Of a DNA stretch of 64,000 nucleotides, positions 1 through 10,251 are shown piece after piece (within the stretch, counting starts at the first letter, position 1; every line of letters starts with the position of its first letter). Where the stretch lies: IMG/VR virus record IMGVR_UViG_2548877036_000005, positions 14,660 to 78,659 of that record, one strand, 5' to 3'. Both the position numbers and the translations under genes were made by a program. Origin of the DNA: a virus (lineage: Duplodnaviria; Caudoviricetes). Under the pieces are notes generated by a model, which saw only the letters and a program-made list of their open reading frames with translations, made no database searches and was not told the DNA's origin.

Positions 1-1
1 G

Positions 2-1102
2 GGGGAGCCGGTTGACCCGGTAACTGTGAGCCATGCCCTGGACGAAATCGGGCAGCTGTCTAGGGTTGGCGCCCCGTATTTGTTGACGTTGTATCAGACA
101 TGTCCTACAGCGGCGAATGTCGGCTACTACTCCAACATTATCGTTGAGAAGTCGAAACTTCGGAAGGTGATTGAGGCCGGTACACGACTAGTCCAGTTCG
201 GCTATGCGGGCGAGGCGGGCACGGATGTGGATGAGATCGTTAGTAGGGCCGAACGGGAACTTAGGGGGCTAACCGAGCCCTCTAAGGACGGCTTGTGGTT
301 CGCGGGAATGCTAGACGATTTCCGAACCGCAGACCAGTTCCAGCCCATCCCAACGCCGTGGGGGTCCATCAACAAGGTCCTGAATGGCGGTTTGCGGCGC
401 GGAAAAGTGTGTGCAATAGGTGGGCGTCCGGGGTTCGGGAAAAGCGCTTTTGCGTTGAATATAGCGGCCAATTCTGCGGAACATAAGTATAGAACCGCTG
501 TTATCTCCATGGAGATGCCTCACCGGGAAGTAACTAGGCGAATTTTGGCGGCGGGGGCGGGCGTGCAGTTCTCCAGGCTGATCACTGGCAGGTTGGACTT
601 AGATGATGTTCGCCTGATAGCGGAGTATGAGGATTCTCATCGGGATATGCCGCTGTATGTGAATGATCGGCCTGAGCAGACGGTTGAGCAGATTGTTGCG
701 GATTGTCGGGCTAATGGGCCGTTTGACCTGATTATTGTTGATTATCTGCAAATGGTGCGGGGTACTGATTTGCGTGTATCTAAGCGGGATCAGGTGAACC
801 ATATTTCTCGTGCGTTGAAGATAGCGGCGAGGGAGCTGGATGCGGCAATTGTTGCCCCCGTGCAGTTGAATCGCGGCCCGGTTGATGCGAGAACGGGAAA
901 GATGCGGGCTCCTGTGGAAACCGATATTGGCGAGGCCGATGGCATCAGCAGAGATTCTGATGTGGTGTTGCTGCTACATCAGGACGAAAACGACCCCGAT
1001 TTCACGAATGTGATTTTCGCGAAGCATCGCGACGGCGCCCGCCCGAATGTTCCGCTTCGTTTCGATAAACATATACAGAGAGTGACGCAGAAGGCAACAT
1101 GA
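2..1102 (+). CDS. dnaB: DnaB-like replicative helicase (5' end lies before the window)
   Basis: Walker A GGRPGFGKS, SMEM, IIVDYLQ, QLNR, FAKHRDG motifs; frame is open back to base 2 (GEPVDPVTV). Confidence 0.95.
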   Translation, partial: GEPVDPVTVSHALDEIGQLSRVGAPYLLTLYQTCPTAANVGYYSNIIVEKSKLRKVIEAGTRLVQFGYAGEAGTDVDEIVSRAERELRGLTEPSKDGLWFAGMLDDFRTADQFQPIPTPWGSINKVLNGGLRRGKVCAIGGRPGFGKSAFALNIAANSAEHKYRTAVISMEMPHREVTRRILAAGAGVQFSRLITGRLDLDDVRLIAEYEDSHRDMPLYVNDRPEQTVEQIVADCRANGPFDLIIVDYLQMVRGTDLRVSKRDQVNHISRALKIAARELDAAIVAPVQLNRGPVDARTGKMRAPVETDIGEADGISRDSDVVLLLHQDENDPDFTNVIFAKHRDGARPNVPLRFDKHIQRVTQKAT

Positions 1103-1217
1103 ACTTTCAGCAGGATATTGATACAGATAATCGTTGTATCAGGAGTGATCTGATTTGTTCTCAGTGTGCTCATTGTCGCGGGGTTGAGCTTGATTTTGAT
1201 CCTTCGGCGTTGGCCGA

Positions 1218-1490
1218 GTGACTGATTATGCGGATGAGCGTAAATATTCCAGGTTGATGCGGGACGCGGACGGGCATTGGTCTGAGCGTGGTTCTTGTCA
1301 GGGGGATGGCCGTTTCACGTTGCCTTTGGATTGGCTTGATTCGGCAGAGTTGAAGGAGATGCAGTCTGTTTGTTTGGGCTGCGATGTTTTCGAAAATTGC
1401 TTTGATTGGGCTAAGTGGTACGGCGACCATGTTTTCGCCGCCGGAGAGTATTGGGAGCGGGCATGGCCGGAATCGGATTCGCATCAGTAG
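1218..1490 (+). CDS. WhiB-family transcription factor (divergent)
   Basis: W-x4-C ... CxxC-x5-C cysteine pattern followed by a VFAAG turn. Confidence 0.7.
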   Translation: MTDYADERKYSRLMRDADGHWSERGSCQGDGRFTLPLDWLDSAELKEMQSVCLGCDVFENCFDWAKWYGDHVFAAGEYWERAWPESDSHQ

Positions 1491-1780
1491 ATACTGATGT
1501 TTCCAGTTTAGTGAATGCGGCATTCAATGAGCTGGATTGCACGAGTTGCCGCAAGCACGAGGTTCCTTGTGGGGGTGCTGTAGCGGCGTACTCCTTGGGC
1601 CATGCGTGTCCAGTGAGGAACAACGATGGTCCCCGCTGCGAGGCCCATTACAAATACTTTTTAGACGTTCTATCGCCACGTTGGCGTGAGATAATCGGCG
1701 TCCATGGGCACATCCACTGTGCCCAGTGCGGGCGGGCGTTTCCCGGCATTGATGAGTTCTGTAAGACGGTCCCGCTGTGA
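1463..1780 (+). CDS. Cys/His-rich hypothetical protein (possible zinc finger)
   Basis: CTSC and CAQC pairs; in-frame ATG at 1463 overlaps the upstream gene. Confidence 0.6.
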   Translation: MAGIGFASVDTDVSSLVNAAFNELDCTSCRKHEVPCGGAVAAYSLGHACPVRNNDGPRCEAHYKYFLDVLSPRWREIIGVHGHIHCAQCGRAFPGIDEFCKTVPL

Positions 1781-1922
1781 TTATCGATGACTACTTTTTC
1801 GGGGAATCCCCGGCTGTCGGCTGGTGGTGTGTTTACCCGACACAGCGGGCGGCAGTGGCCGCGTATTTCGGGAAATCTGTTGACGATCTGATTAAATCTT
1901 TGGGCTTATAGGGGCTATAAAA

Positions 1923-2111
1923 ATGATCAAGCTTGGTATAGGTCTGCTGGCCGTGGCTGTACTTGCCTCCGGTTGCGTAACTGCTGGCGGCGTGACCGGG
2001 GATGAACAATTTATGGTGAAGGTTGTTCATGTGGGTAACCGTGATGTGCCGTGTGTGGTTTGGATTAGTCCGGGCGCGAAGGCGTCTGGTATGCAATGTG
2101 ACTTCCGGTGA
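1923..2111 (+). CDS. Small putative lipoprotein
   Basis: Hydrophobic N-terminus with lipobox-like LASGC. Confidence 0.6.
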   Translation: MIKLGIGLLAVAVLASGCVTAGGVTGDEQFMVKVVHVGNRDVPCVVWISPGAKASGMQCDFR

Positions 2112-2320
2112 GTTTCGTGGCGTGTTCACCCCGCCACCACCACTGCTCACCATCACATTCACGCCTCGTCTCTGATTACAGGCTGGAGCGTGAACGTCAA
2201 ATGGTGGCTTTGGAGTCTGTTACTGGCGGTTATGTGGGTGATTACCGGTTTTGGCGGGATCAGGGCGGGCGTCTGATCGATTTCCGCGACTGGCTGAAAT
2301 TTAGCAAGAGGACAGTATGA
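2108..2320 (+). CDS. Hypothetical protein
   Basis: 4-bp overlaps with both neighbours. Confidence 0.6.
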   Translation: MSFVACSPRHHHCSPSHSRLVSDYRLERERQMVALESVTGGYVGDYRFWRDQGGRLIDFRDWLKFSKRTV

Positions 2321-3231
2321 CGATTTTGACCTGCATGAGGGGATACGTTGCGAGTGGGAAGTCGTCCCGTGCCCGTGAAATTGCAGAGGAGACGGGCGCG
2401 GTTGTCGTCAATAGGGATTTGTTGCGTCTTCAGCTTCTCGGCACCTACTGGACCGGCGACCAGGACGATGAGTGGCGGGTGACTGTAGCTGAGGAAGCCC
2501 AGGTGTTGGCGTTGATGCAGGCCGATATCCCGGTTGTTGTGGACGCTACTCACCTGATGCCGTCGTATCTACGGAAGTGGGCTCGCTGGGCTACCCGTTA
2601 CGGCTGGGACTTCGCCGTCGAGGACGTGAAGACCCCGATGGATGTGTGTTTGGAGCGGTTGCGGCGCCGGAACCTCGAATCGGATCGGATCATTGAGGCT
2701 TCTGTCCTGTTTAATCAGGCTAAGCGGTACCCGATTAATCGTTGGCCGGTGATTGAGAAGCGGAAATTTAATCCGGTACCAGTGGAGCGCGACAATGCTC
2801 TACCGAAGGCGGTCATTGTTGATATAGATGGCACCTTGGCCGAAAAATGCGACCGGAGCCCTTATGACTACACCAGGGTAGGCGAAGACCGTTTACACTG
2901 GGACGTGACCTGGCTGGTGGATTTACTGGCACTGGATGACTACCACGTGCTCATTGTTTCAGGCCGGGATGATACATGCCGCGTAGATACCATAAATTGG
3001 CTGGATGACAACGGCGTCCCTTACGACCACCTGTTCATGCGGGACACCGTGGCGGATGTTGACGTGTTCGGCGGAAAACTACCGGATTACGAAGTCAAGT
3101 ATCGACTGTTCAATTGGCATATCCGAAATAAATGGTGTGTCCATTATGTGATTGATGATCGCCGCCAGGTTATCGATATGTGGCGAGGCATCGGTCTACG
3201 GGTACTTGATGTAGCTGGAAATAACTTTTAG
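2317..3231 (+). CDS. Polynucleotide 5'-kinase/3'-phosphatase (T4 PseT-like)
   Basis: N-terminal P-loop GYVASGKSS and NRD; C-terminal HAD motifs DIDGT, SGR and IDDR. Confidence 0.92.
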   Translation: MTILTCMRGYVASGKSSRAREIAEETGAVVVNRDLLRLQLLGTYWTGDQDDEWRVTVAEEAQVLALMQADIPVVVDATHLMPSYLRKWARWATRYGWDFAVEDVKTPMDVCLERLRRRNLESDRIIEASVLFNQAKRYPINRWPVIEKRKFNPVPVERDNALPKAVIVDIDGTLAEKCDRSPYDYTRVGEDRLHWDVTWLVDLLALDDYHVLIVSGRDDTCRVDTINWLDDNGVPYDHLFMRDTVADVDVFGGKLPDYEVKYRLFNWHIRNKWCVHYVIDDRRQVIDMWRGIGLRVLDVAGNNF

Positions 3232-3240
3232 GGGAATTAA

Positions 3241-3390
3241 ATGAGTGGATTAAGCATATTTGGTAACTGGATTGCGGGCGCGGGGTTCGGAATCTGTCTA
3301 GTTGGGTTGGTATCGGGCACGACCCTGGCCATGAGTTCTTTGGGGTTTGGTTTGGCAACGCTTGGGCTTTTGTGCGTAGTGGTGGGATGA
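3241..3390 (+). CDS. Small membrane protein (49 aa, not in the ORF track)
   Basis: GGGGA RBS, ATG 3241 to TGA 3390, two hydrophobic stretches. Confidence 0.55.
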   Translation: MSGLSIFGNWIAGAGFGICLVGLVSGTTLAMSSLGFGLATLGLLCVVVG

Positions 3391-3393
3391 TTT

Positions 3394-3576
3394 ATGCCTA
3401 AAAGTTTGAAGGATAAGCACAGGAACCGGTTGTGGTGGGATGCGGATGGTTCACTCTGGTTGTTCGATGCAGTCCAGAAAAGATGGAATGTGCTCTTGGA
3501 GTCATTCGGTGGCCATGACATTGTATTTGAATGCCCCGATGAAATGTGGGGGCCGTACCGCGAGGCCAAGAATTAA
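3394..3576 (+). CDS. Hypothetical protein
   Basis: Tightly packed ORF in the operon. Confidence 0.6.
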   Translation: MPKSLKDKHRNRLWWDADGSLWLFDAVQKRWNVLLESFGGHDIVFECPDEMWGPYREAKN

Positions 3577-3579
3577 GTA

Positions 3580-3957
3580 ATGGGCCGGAGTAGAGCATCG
3601 GCTAAACAGGCTGGAACAGCGTTCGAAACCGCAATCGCGAAATATCTTGCCGAGACGCTAGACGATGACCGTATAGAGCGTAGAGCACGGTCGGGCGCCC
3701 AGGATAGGGGCGATATTGGCGGTGTGCGTGTTCATGGTCAGAGACTTGTTATAGAAGCCAAGGATTACGGCGGGCAAATCAAGGCTGCCGAGTGGACCAG
3801 AGAAGCCCAAATTGAGATGGGCAACGATGGCGCGCTAGCGGGGGTTGTGGTGGCTAAGCGTCGGGGTACTCGTGACCCTGGGGCTCAGTGGGTATTGATG
3901 ACCGTCAACGATTTAGTTGCATTCCTGTCTGGAAGTAGGCCAGATAGCGACCTGTAA
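3580..3957 (+). CDS. Holliday junction resolvase (PD-(D/E)xK type)
   Basis: K-x-x-G-x-x-FE ... DRGDI ... VIEAK motifs. Confidence 0.85.
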   Translation: MGRSRASAKQAGTAFETAIAKYLAETLDDDRIERRARSGAQDRGDIGGVRVHGQRLVIEAKDYGGQIKAAEWTREAQIEMGNDGALAGVVVAKRRGTRDPGAQWVLMTVNDLVAFLSGSRPDSDL

Positions 3958-3971
3958 ATGGGGATTATTTT

Positions 3972-4382
3972 ATGAAGCCTGTTGGCACTTGTATGACTAT
4001 GGATTTATCTGAGGTCGATAGGCTGTTTTTTCCTCATAGGCCGGATGCTCAGACTGCGGAGCGGGCGAAAAATATTTGTCTGGAGTGCCCGATTGTTGTG
4101 GAGTGTCGGGAGTCGGTGTTGGCGGGGGAGAAGGCTCGTGGTGAGCGTGAGCGCGGGGTGTGGGGCGGTCTTAAGGAAACTGAGCGTCCTATTCCGGCTG
4201 TGGTGATGTGTCAGTCGCGGCGGCATTTCAGGGATGAGCATTGGGATTTTGATGCTGGTCGTTGTATGGCGTGTTATGCGGAGGCTAATGCGCGGGCGGA
4301 TTCGAGGAAGGTTCAGGATCGGCAGGATTCGCGGACCGATTGGTGGGATTCGGAACCTTCCATAGGGGAGCTTGTTTCATGA
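3972..4382 (+). CDS. WhiB-family transcription factor
   Basis: C ... LFFP ... AKNICLECPIVVEC ... GVWGG. Confidence 0.9.
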   Translation: MKPVGTCMTMDLSEVDRLFFPHRPDAQTAERAKNICLECPIVVECRESVLAGEKARGERERGVWGGLKETERPIPAVVMCQSRRHFRDEHWDFDAGRCMACYAEANARADSRKVQDRQDSRTDWWDSEPSIGELVS

Positions 4383-4510
4383 CGGAAATTAGTCTACTAG
4401 GAATATTGATCGAGGTTTGGGCCGTCCTCTTCGGGGTGTTGGGGCTTCCGTTGGCGATTGCGGCGCCCATCTATCTGTTGGGGTTTGTGTTGTGGGCGGT
4501 GTACCTGTAG
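4379..4510 (+). CDS. Small membrane protein (43 aa, not in the ORF track)
   Basis: ATGA overlap; almost wholly hydrophobic. Confidence 0.5.
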   Translation: MTEISLLGILIEVWAVLFGVLGLPLAIAAPIYLLGFVLWAVYL

Positions 4511-5124
4511 TGGACGTTGTTCACCGCTGCCTATCAAAGCAGGACTGCGTGAACCTAACCGGGGATAAGGAACCGGCTGCCACTAAGAAACCGGACACTC
4601 TCTGCCACGGCTGCATAGAGCAAATCCAAGGCTATTTGGGGAGGCTGCCTCATCTGGTGGAGGCGTTGAGAACGGCCCTGAAACGCCCGCTGGGGTCTTC
4701 GTTGGGCGGGGGAAGGGTATCGGGCTCTAAGGAGCCTCCTGCGCCTTACGACGTGAATGTGGACGCTGAGATTGTCGCTGTTTTGGAGGCTGTGTTTCGG
4801 GCGGGCGGCTGGAAGGTTCAGATCCGGGATCTGGTGAGTCGTCCTGTGGAGCCGTTCGATGTGTGGCGTAAGGGTGCGATGCTCCGAAATTTCCCTCTGT
4901 CGGGGGTGGAGCGGGCTCTTGATTTGCGCCGGATTCATAACCGCGTGGATCAGATGGTGGGTTTGACGCGGGTCTGGATGCGCCGCCAGGCAAGGTGCCC
5001 CGAATGTGACTTGAGGACCCTCGGCATGTGGTCTGGGGACGACACGATTCGTTGCACAAATTCTGATTGTTCTGCGGTTATTCCGCTAGATGATTATGAA
5101 GAACTTTGTAGGAGAAGTAAATAA
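4510..5124 (+). CDS. Hypothetical protein with zinc-ribbon motifs
   Basis: CHGC, CPEC and CTNSDC; likely GTG start at 4510. Confidence 0.7.
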   Translation: MDVVHRCLSKQDCVNLTGDKEPAATKKPDTLCHGCIEQIQGYLGRLPHLVEALRTALKRPLGSSLGGGRVSGSKEPPAPYDVNVDAEIVAVLEAVFRAGGWKVQIRDLVSRPVEPFDVWRKGAMLRNFPLSGVERALDLRRIHNRVDQMVGLTRVWMRRQARCPECDLRTLGMWSGDDTIRCTNSDCSAVIPLDDYEELCRRSK

Positions 5125-5538
5125 ATGGCGGAAAGTTCCGTTACATTCATTGGCCGCTTGGGCGGCGACGTTGATCTTAAGTTTCTATCTGGTGGTAATA
5201 CGGCTGTAGCCAATTTCAGTCTTGCTCATACGCCCCGTAAGAAGGAAGGCAATGAGTGGGTTGATGCCGGTCCGACTACATGGTTGAACGTGAAGTGTTT
5301 TAAGGCTGTCGCTGAGGGCGCAGCTGATTCTTTGGGGCGCGGCGATGAGGTTGTGGTTGTCGGGAAACTCCGTACGGAGGAGTGGATCGATAAGGATACG
5401 GGCGGTAAGCGTTCAAAGATCGTTTTGTTGGCTGACACTGTTGCTAAGTCGGTGAAGCCGAGGAGTCAGGGGAGCGGTTCGCATTCTGCAACCACTAATA
5501 ACGGCTGGGATGGTTCCGACGAGGAACCTCCTTTTTGA
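5125..5538 (+). CDS. ssb: Single-stranded DNA-binding protein
   Basis: OB-fold signature and acidic C-terminal DEEPPF. Confidence 0.95.
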   Translation: MAESSVTFIGRLGGDVDLKFLSGGNTAVANFSLAHTPRKKEGNEWVDAGPTTWLNVKCFKAVAEGAADSLGRGDEVVVVGKLRTEEWIDKDTGGKRSKIVLLADTVAKSVKPRSQGSGSHSATTNNGWDGSDEEPPF

Positions 5539-5693
5539 AAAAGGGGGGAATAGATGTTTCGTTGCAGTGAGTGCCGTAAGCCTATTGGGTTGATGGTTGA
5601 TCCTAAGGGTAGGCCGGAGTTGTTTAAGTGTCCGCGTACACGCCGTGTGGGTCATATGGTGGATGAGCGCGGGTATGCGGTGAAGGTGACAAT

Positions 5694-6080
5694 TTGAGTT
5701 ACGCGAAGGCTATCGCCGGTATTGGTGTTGTACCGATCATTCAGACGAATATCGGGTACTACCAGGGAGACTGGGTTGCGGTAGTTAAAGACACGGATAG
5801 ATGGCCCTCCAGCCTCGGCTTTCTGTGCTACGGGTATGGATCGTGCAGTGGATGCGATGAGTGGGAAGGCGCCGATAATGCCATAGAGCGCGCCGAGATC
5901 GTGGTGAGGATGGCGAAATCGATCCGCTGGTTCGAAAAGCCTGCGGACCTGAAGGCGTGGCTGAATTCCGATGATCGCTGTGAGGACTTGTACATCTATC
6001 ACGATGACGAATGGCGCGAATTTGTCGACTCCGTGCTCGCGGTCAGCGATAAAGAACTGGAACAGATGCGAAATGACTAA
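5694..6080 (+). CDS. Hypothetical protein
   Basis: GYYQGD and YGYGSCSGCD motifs; packed in the operon. Confidence 0.7.
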   Translation: MSYAKAIAGIGVVPIIQTNIGYYQGDWVAVVKDTDRWPSSLGFLCYGYGSCSGCDEWEGADNAIERAEIVVRMAKSIRWFEKPADLKAWLNSDDRCEDLYIYHDDEWREFVDSVLAVSDKELEQMRND

Positions 6081-6411
6081 TTTGAGTAAAGAGTTTATCG
6101 CCCCCACGGAATCTGTGTTGCGTGCTGTGGCGGAGGAGCGTGAAGCCCAGGATGCGAAATGGGGTGAACAAAACCACCCCGATGCTATCTATGACGCGGG
6201 ATATTGGATTGGTCCCGCCCGTATATATCGAAATATTACCAATGATCGCGCAGCCAGAGGGTTCGTAACTTACGCGGACATTCTTCTCGAAGAAGTCGCG
6301 GAAGCTGTAGAAGAGGCGCTTTCCGGGGATAAGAACGCACTGATTGACGAGCTTATTCAGGTGGCTGCTGTGGCTGTTGCTTGGGTAGAAAAGATTGACC
6401 GGGGACATTGA
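6073..6411 (+). CDS. MazG-like NTP pyrophosphohydrolase
   Basis: ER-x-x-QD-x-KWG, LLEEVAEA, ELIQVAAVAVAW. Confidence 0.8.
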   Translation: MTNLSKEFIAPTESVLRAVAEEREAQDAKWGEQNHPDAIYDAGYWIGPARIYRNITNDRAARGFVTYADILLEEVAEAVEEALSGDKNALIDELIQVAAVAVAWVEKIDRGH

Positions 6412-6672
6412 GTGAAGTTTGACGAAGCCTCGCATCTGTGGGCGGAAAAAGAACTCGCACACCGAGGTATTCAAACATCAAGTATTGATTATGTCTGGTT
6501 TGAAGCCAACTCGCGATACGAGTGCGATACGTGCGGCCGAGAAACATATATTGAGGTGTCCATAGGCTTCACTGATTGGGAAGGCCAGCACGGGTTTTAT
6601 CGACTGGAATTCCAGGGCCTTGAAGGGGTCATGGGCGGGCTTTTCGAGGTGAGTGAGAATGGCGCAACTTAA
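6412..6672 (+). CDS. Hypothetical protein
   Basis: CDTC motif; contiguous ORF. Confidence 0.6.
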   Translation: MKFDEASHLWAEKELAHRGIQTSSIDYVWFEANSRYECDTCGRETYIEVSIGFTDWEGQHGFYRLEFQGLEGVMGGLFEVSENGAT

Positions 6673-6916
6673 CTATCAGGGAAACATAGAACTTGACCCT
6701 GATCTTATTTTGGGGCCGGATATGTATAGCGCCTATTACCGCCCCAAGGAAGCCGTATATGACCCGGAGAGTGATGTTACGACTATCAAGTTCAGTCCGG
6801 GGTCGTATGCGAAGCATGCCGCTGATGTTTTGAGTGGCCGTACGGATGAGCAGTTGGGGCAGGTTCGCCGTAATGCTCTGGGGGTTTCTTTTTGGCGTAG
6901 TCAGCGAGGGGAATAG
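6659..6916 (+). CDS. Hypothetical protein
   Basis: RBS plus ATG at 6659; contiguous ORF. Confidence 0.6.
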   Translation: MAQLNYQGNIELDPDLILGPDMYSAYYRPKEAVYDPESDVTTIKFSPGSYAKHAADVLSGRTDEQLGQVRRNALGVSFWRSQRGE

Positions 6917-6921
6917 GGACG

Positions 6922-8208
6922 ATGACTAAGTTTGATGTACCGAAGAACGCTAATTATGTGGCCACGATTGTGGCTGTTCCTGAGCCGGTGGATTTGCCTG
7001 GCTTGGATAATCTTGTGGGGATTCCGCAGTTCGGGTACCAGGCGTTGACTACACGCGGTATCAGTAAGGGCGACCTTCGGGTGTTGTTTACGGCAGAAAC
7101 TCAATTGTCTGCCGAGTATGTGTACGAAAATTCTTTGTCGCGGGACAAAGAGCTGAATAAGTCTGATGAGACTGGCTATATCGAGAGGCATCGCCGCATC
7201 CGTGCTATTAAGCTGCGGAAACACCAGTCAGACGCTTTGTTGATGCCGTTGGAGTCTCTAGCCTACACAGGCTATGACGTGTCCACGTTGAAGCCGGGGG
7301 ATGTGTTCGACACCCTGAATGGGTTTGAGATTTGCCGTAAGTATGAGTTGCCGAAGCAGGCCCAGCCGAAGGCTTCGGGGCCGAAGATACGGCAGCGGGT
7401 GGATCAAAAGCTGTTCCCGATGCATCTGGACACTGAACATCTGTTCCGGAACTGGGACGTGTTCCGTGAGTCAAAGTGGGCTGTGATCACGCAGAAGCTT
7501 CACGGAACTAGCATCCGTATCGGTCGTGTTCCGGCGTTGCGGGATAAGGGCTGGCTGGAGCGTGTGGTGGTCAACAAGTGGCTGCGCATCCCTACTGCTG
7601 ATACCGCATATGAGGATGTTGCGGGCTCACGTCGGGTGATTAAGGGCCGCGACGATAACAACCACTACTACGAGTCTGATATTTGGGCTGAGTATGCGAA
7701 GCGTCTTGAGGGGATGATCCCGGAGAACTTTGTCGTGTACGGGGAGTTGATCGGCTGGGAGTCCAAGGATAAGCCGATTCAGCGGGGCTACACCTATGAC
7801 CTGGAGCCTGGTGAGCGCGAGTTGTACGTGTACCGGGTGGCGATGGTGAACGGTCAGGGTGTGATCGCGGATTTGTCGTGGGATGGCGTGGAGCAGTTCT
7901 GCGCCTCTATCGGCTTGAAGACAGTTCCCGTTCTCTGCCGCCCATGTATCGACACTGGTTACGGCACAGATGACCGCGATATGACCGCGCTGTACGCGTC
8001 AAGCTATCTCAATATTCAGTTCGCTGGCGGGCCGTTCTGGGAGCAAACACCCGTGCCGCTGTCCGACCCTAAGACTGTGGATGAAGGTATCTGTGTCCGC
8101 ATTGAGGGGCGGGTTCCACAAATATTCAAGGCGAAGTCTCCTCTGTTCCTGGAGCATGAAACTAAGTCGTTGGATGCCGGTGAGCTGGATTTGGAGAGTG
8201 CGGCTTAG
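6922..8208 (+). CDS. ATP-dependent RNA ligase (Rnl2/DRB0094-like, with N-terminal OB-like domain)
   Basis: Motif [25 protein letters not shown]. Confidence 0.85.
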   Translation: MTKFDVPKNANYVATIVAVPEPVDLPGLDNLVGIPQFGYQALTTRGISKGDLRVLFTAETQLSAEYVYENSLSRDKELNKSDETGYIERHRRIRAIKLRKHQSDALLMPLESLAYTGYDVSTLKPGDVFDTLNGFEICRKYELPKQAQPKASGPKIRQRVDQKLFPMHLDTEHLFRNWDVFRESKWAVITQKLHGTSIRIGRVPALRDKGWLERVVVNKWLRIPTADTAYEDVAGSRRVIKGRDDNNHYYESDIWAEYAKRLEGMIPENFVVYGELIGWESKDKPIQRGYTYDLEPGERELYVYRVAMVNGQGVIADLSWDGVEQFCASIGLKTVPVLCRPCIDTGYGTDDRDMTALYASSYLNIQFAGGPFWEQTPVPLSDPKTVDEGICVRIEGRVPQIFKAKSPLFLEHETKSLDAGELDLESAA

Positions 8209-9176
8209 TGGGGCTTGACGAAGCGTTAGCGAATATTGATAAAAGCTTCGGTCGTGGCGCTGTCATGCGGTTGGGGGACGAGAATCGGACCCCTATCGGA
8301 GTGTTCTCCACGGGTTCGCTGGCGTTGGATTCAGCGCTTGGTATAGGTGGGGTTCCTCGGGGCCGGATCGTTGAGATTTACGGCCCCGAGTCGTCCGGTA
8401 AGACAACGGTGGCGTTGCAGATCGTGGCTAACGCTCAACGTGAGGGCGGTACGGCGGCGTTTATTGATGCTGAGCATGCGTTGGACCCCGAGTATGCGGC
8501 GAACCTTGGCGTGGATGTGGGGCAGCTGTTGGTGTCTCAGCCGGATACGGGTGAGCAGGCTCTTGAGATTGCGGACATGCTGATCCGGTCCGGGGATATC
8601 CGGGTGTTGGTGATTGATTCTGTGGCCGCGCTGGTGCCTCGCGCCGAGATTGAGGGCGAGATGGGTGACGCCCATGTGGGCCTGCATGCGCGGTTGATGT
8701 CTCAGGCTATGCGGAAGATCACGGGTCCGGCGAAGAACAATGACACGACGGTGATCATGATCAACCAGTTGCGTCACAAGATTGGTGTGATGTTTGGTTC
8801 GCCGGAGACAACTACTGGCGGCATGGCGTTGAAGTTTTATGCGTCGGTTCGTTTGGATGTGCGGCGCATTGAAACGTTGAAGCAGGGCACAGAGGCGGTC
8901 GGTAATCGCACGAAGGTGAAGGTTGTCAAGAACAAGTTGGCGCCTCCTTTCAAGCTTGCAGAGTTCGATATCCAGTACGGCAAGGGTGTGTCCCGGCTGG
9001 GGGAGCTGGTCGATCTCGGGGTTGAGCACAAGATTGTGGATAAGTCGGGTTCGTGGTTCAAGTATGAGGGCACCCAGTTGGGGCAGGGTAAGGCTGGCGC
9101 GATGTCTGCCCTGGACGCTTCACCGGAGTTGGCTTCTGAGATTGAGTTGAAGATCCGCGCAAAGTTGGGGATTTAA
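8208..9176 (+). CDS. recA: RecA recombinase
   Basis: [41 protein letters not shown]; no intein. Confidence 0.98.
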   Translation: MGLDEALANIDKSFGRGAVMRLGDENRTPIGVFSTGSLALDSALGIGGVPRGRIVEIYGPESSGKTTVALQIVANAQREGGTAAFIDAEHALDPEYAANLGVDVGQLLVSQPDTGEQALEIADMLIRSGDIRVLVIDSVAALVPRAEIEGEMGDAHVGLHARLMSQAMRKITGPAKNNDTTVIMINQLRHKIGVMFGSPETTTGGMALKFYASVRLDVRRIETLKQGTEAVGNRTKVKVVKNKLAPPFKLAEFDIQYGKGVSRLGELVDLGVEHKIVDKSGSWFKYEGTQLGQGKAGAMSALDASPELASEIELKIRAKLGI

Positions 9177-9895
9177 TGGGTATTGCTCGTAAAAAGAAGC
9201 AACAGTCTGAGCGGTTATTTCGGAGCGACCAGGGCGAGGATTTCACGGTGTCTGAAGCTTTGGACTTGCTGGATATTGATTGTAAGCAGGCTAAAGCGCG
9301 AAGAGATTATGCGGAGGCAGAGCTTTTCGAGACAGAATCAGCGCTGATTTCACGTGCAATGCAGCTGTCGTTGGATAGTGATAAGTTCTTTGAGTATCAC
9401 TTTGACGGTTGGGTTGATGAGGATACTGTTACTGATTGTTTGACTCGGTTGAAGTATTGGGACCGGATGGACCCGGTGTGCCCGATGAATATCGAATTGA
9501 CCTCGGGGGGCGGTTCGGTGTGGGAGGGCACTCGCCTGTTTGATTATTTGGCGGGCTGGTCGATTTGGGGTGGCGGTACCCATGAGGTCACTATCCGTGT
9601 TCGGGGTGTGGCGGCGTCTATGGGTGCTGTGTTGTTGCAGGCTGCCGATCATCGTCTCATGGGACGTGGGTCGATCATGATGATTCATGAGGCCGCTACT
9701 GGTACGTGGGGCAAGTCTTCTGAGTTGAAGGACACTTTGCGGTCTTTGCAGATTGAAGACGAATGGTGTACCGGGGTGTTTGTTGAGCGTTCAGGTATGG
9801 ACCCGGACGCGTTTAAAGCATTGTATGAGCGCCGCGATTTGTGGTTGTCGCCTGCTGACGCTCTGGGCTTTGGATTTATTGACGGGATCGGTTAG
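9176..9895 (+). CDS. ClpP-like protease
   Basis: SGGGSV, GVAASMG (catalytic Ser), MMIHE, RDLWLS. Confidence 0.9.
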   Translation: MGIARKKKQQSERLFRSDQGEDFTVSEALDLLDIDCKQAKARRDYAEAELFETESALISRAMQLSLDSDKFFEYHFDGWVDEDTVTDCLTRLKYWDRMDPVCPMNIELTSGGGSVWEGTRLFDYLAGWSIWGGGTHEVTIRVRGVAASMGAVLLQAADHRLMGRGSIMMIHEAATGTWGKSSELKDTLRSLQIEDEWCTGVFVERSGMDPDAFKALYERRDLWLSPADALGFGFIDGIG

Positions 9896-9901
9896 ATATT
9901 T

Positions 9902-10249
9902 ATGGATTCTTTGAGTGCCTTCATTAGGGGTGAGGCGTCGCGCGGGAACCGTGTGCGTGTTTTCGATTGGGTTCGCGCTGCGGAGATCATTAGGGACGAG
10001 AAGCCGGAATATGCGTCGGCGGGGTTGGGTATGGATTGGGAGTATACAGGCGGATGTATTTACCGCGATGGCGCACCTGTTCCGCCTGATGATACGTATA
10101 CGTATTTAGCTTCCACATGGGCGGTCCCTGAACTGGATATTGATGGTGATGTTAGAGAGTGTTGGACCTATGCCGACGAGTCGGGATGGGATTCGAAAAC
10201 GTATTGGCCTGAGGAGGCCCTTGCGGCGCTTAATGGCGGGGCGTCTTAA
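9902..10249 (+). CDS. Hypothetical protein
   Basis: Well-formed ORF (VFDW, AGLGMDWEYTGG, YLASTWAVP). Confidence 0.7.
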   Translation: MDSLSAFIRGEASRGNRVRVFDWVRAAEIIRDEKPEYASAGLGMDWEYTGGCIYRDGAPVPPDDTYTYLASTWAVPELDIDGDVRECWTYADESGWDSKTYWPEEALAALNGGAS

Positions 10250-10251
10250 GT

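Noticed and set aside
8331-9029. 232-aa minus-strand ORF
   Set aside because: Antisense shadow of recA; no motifs
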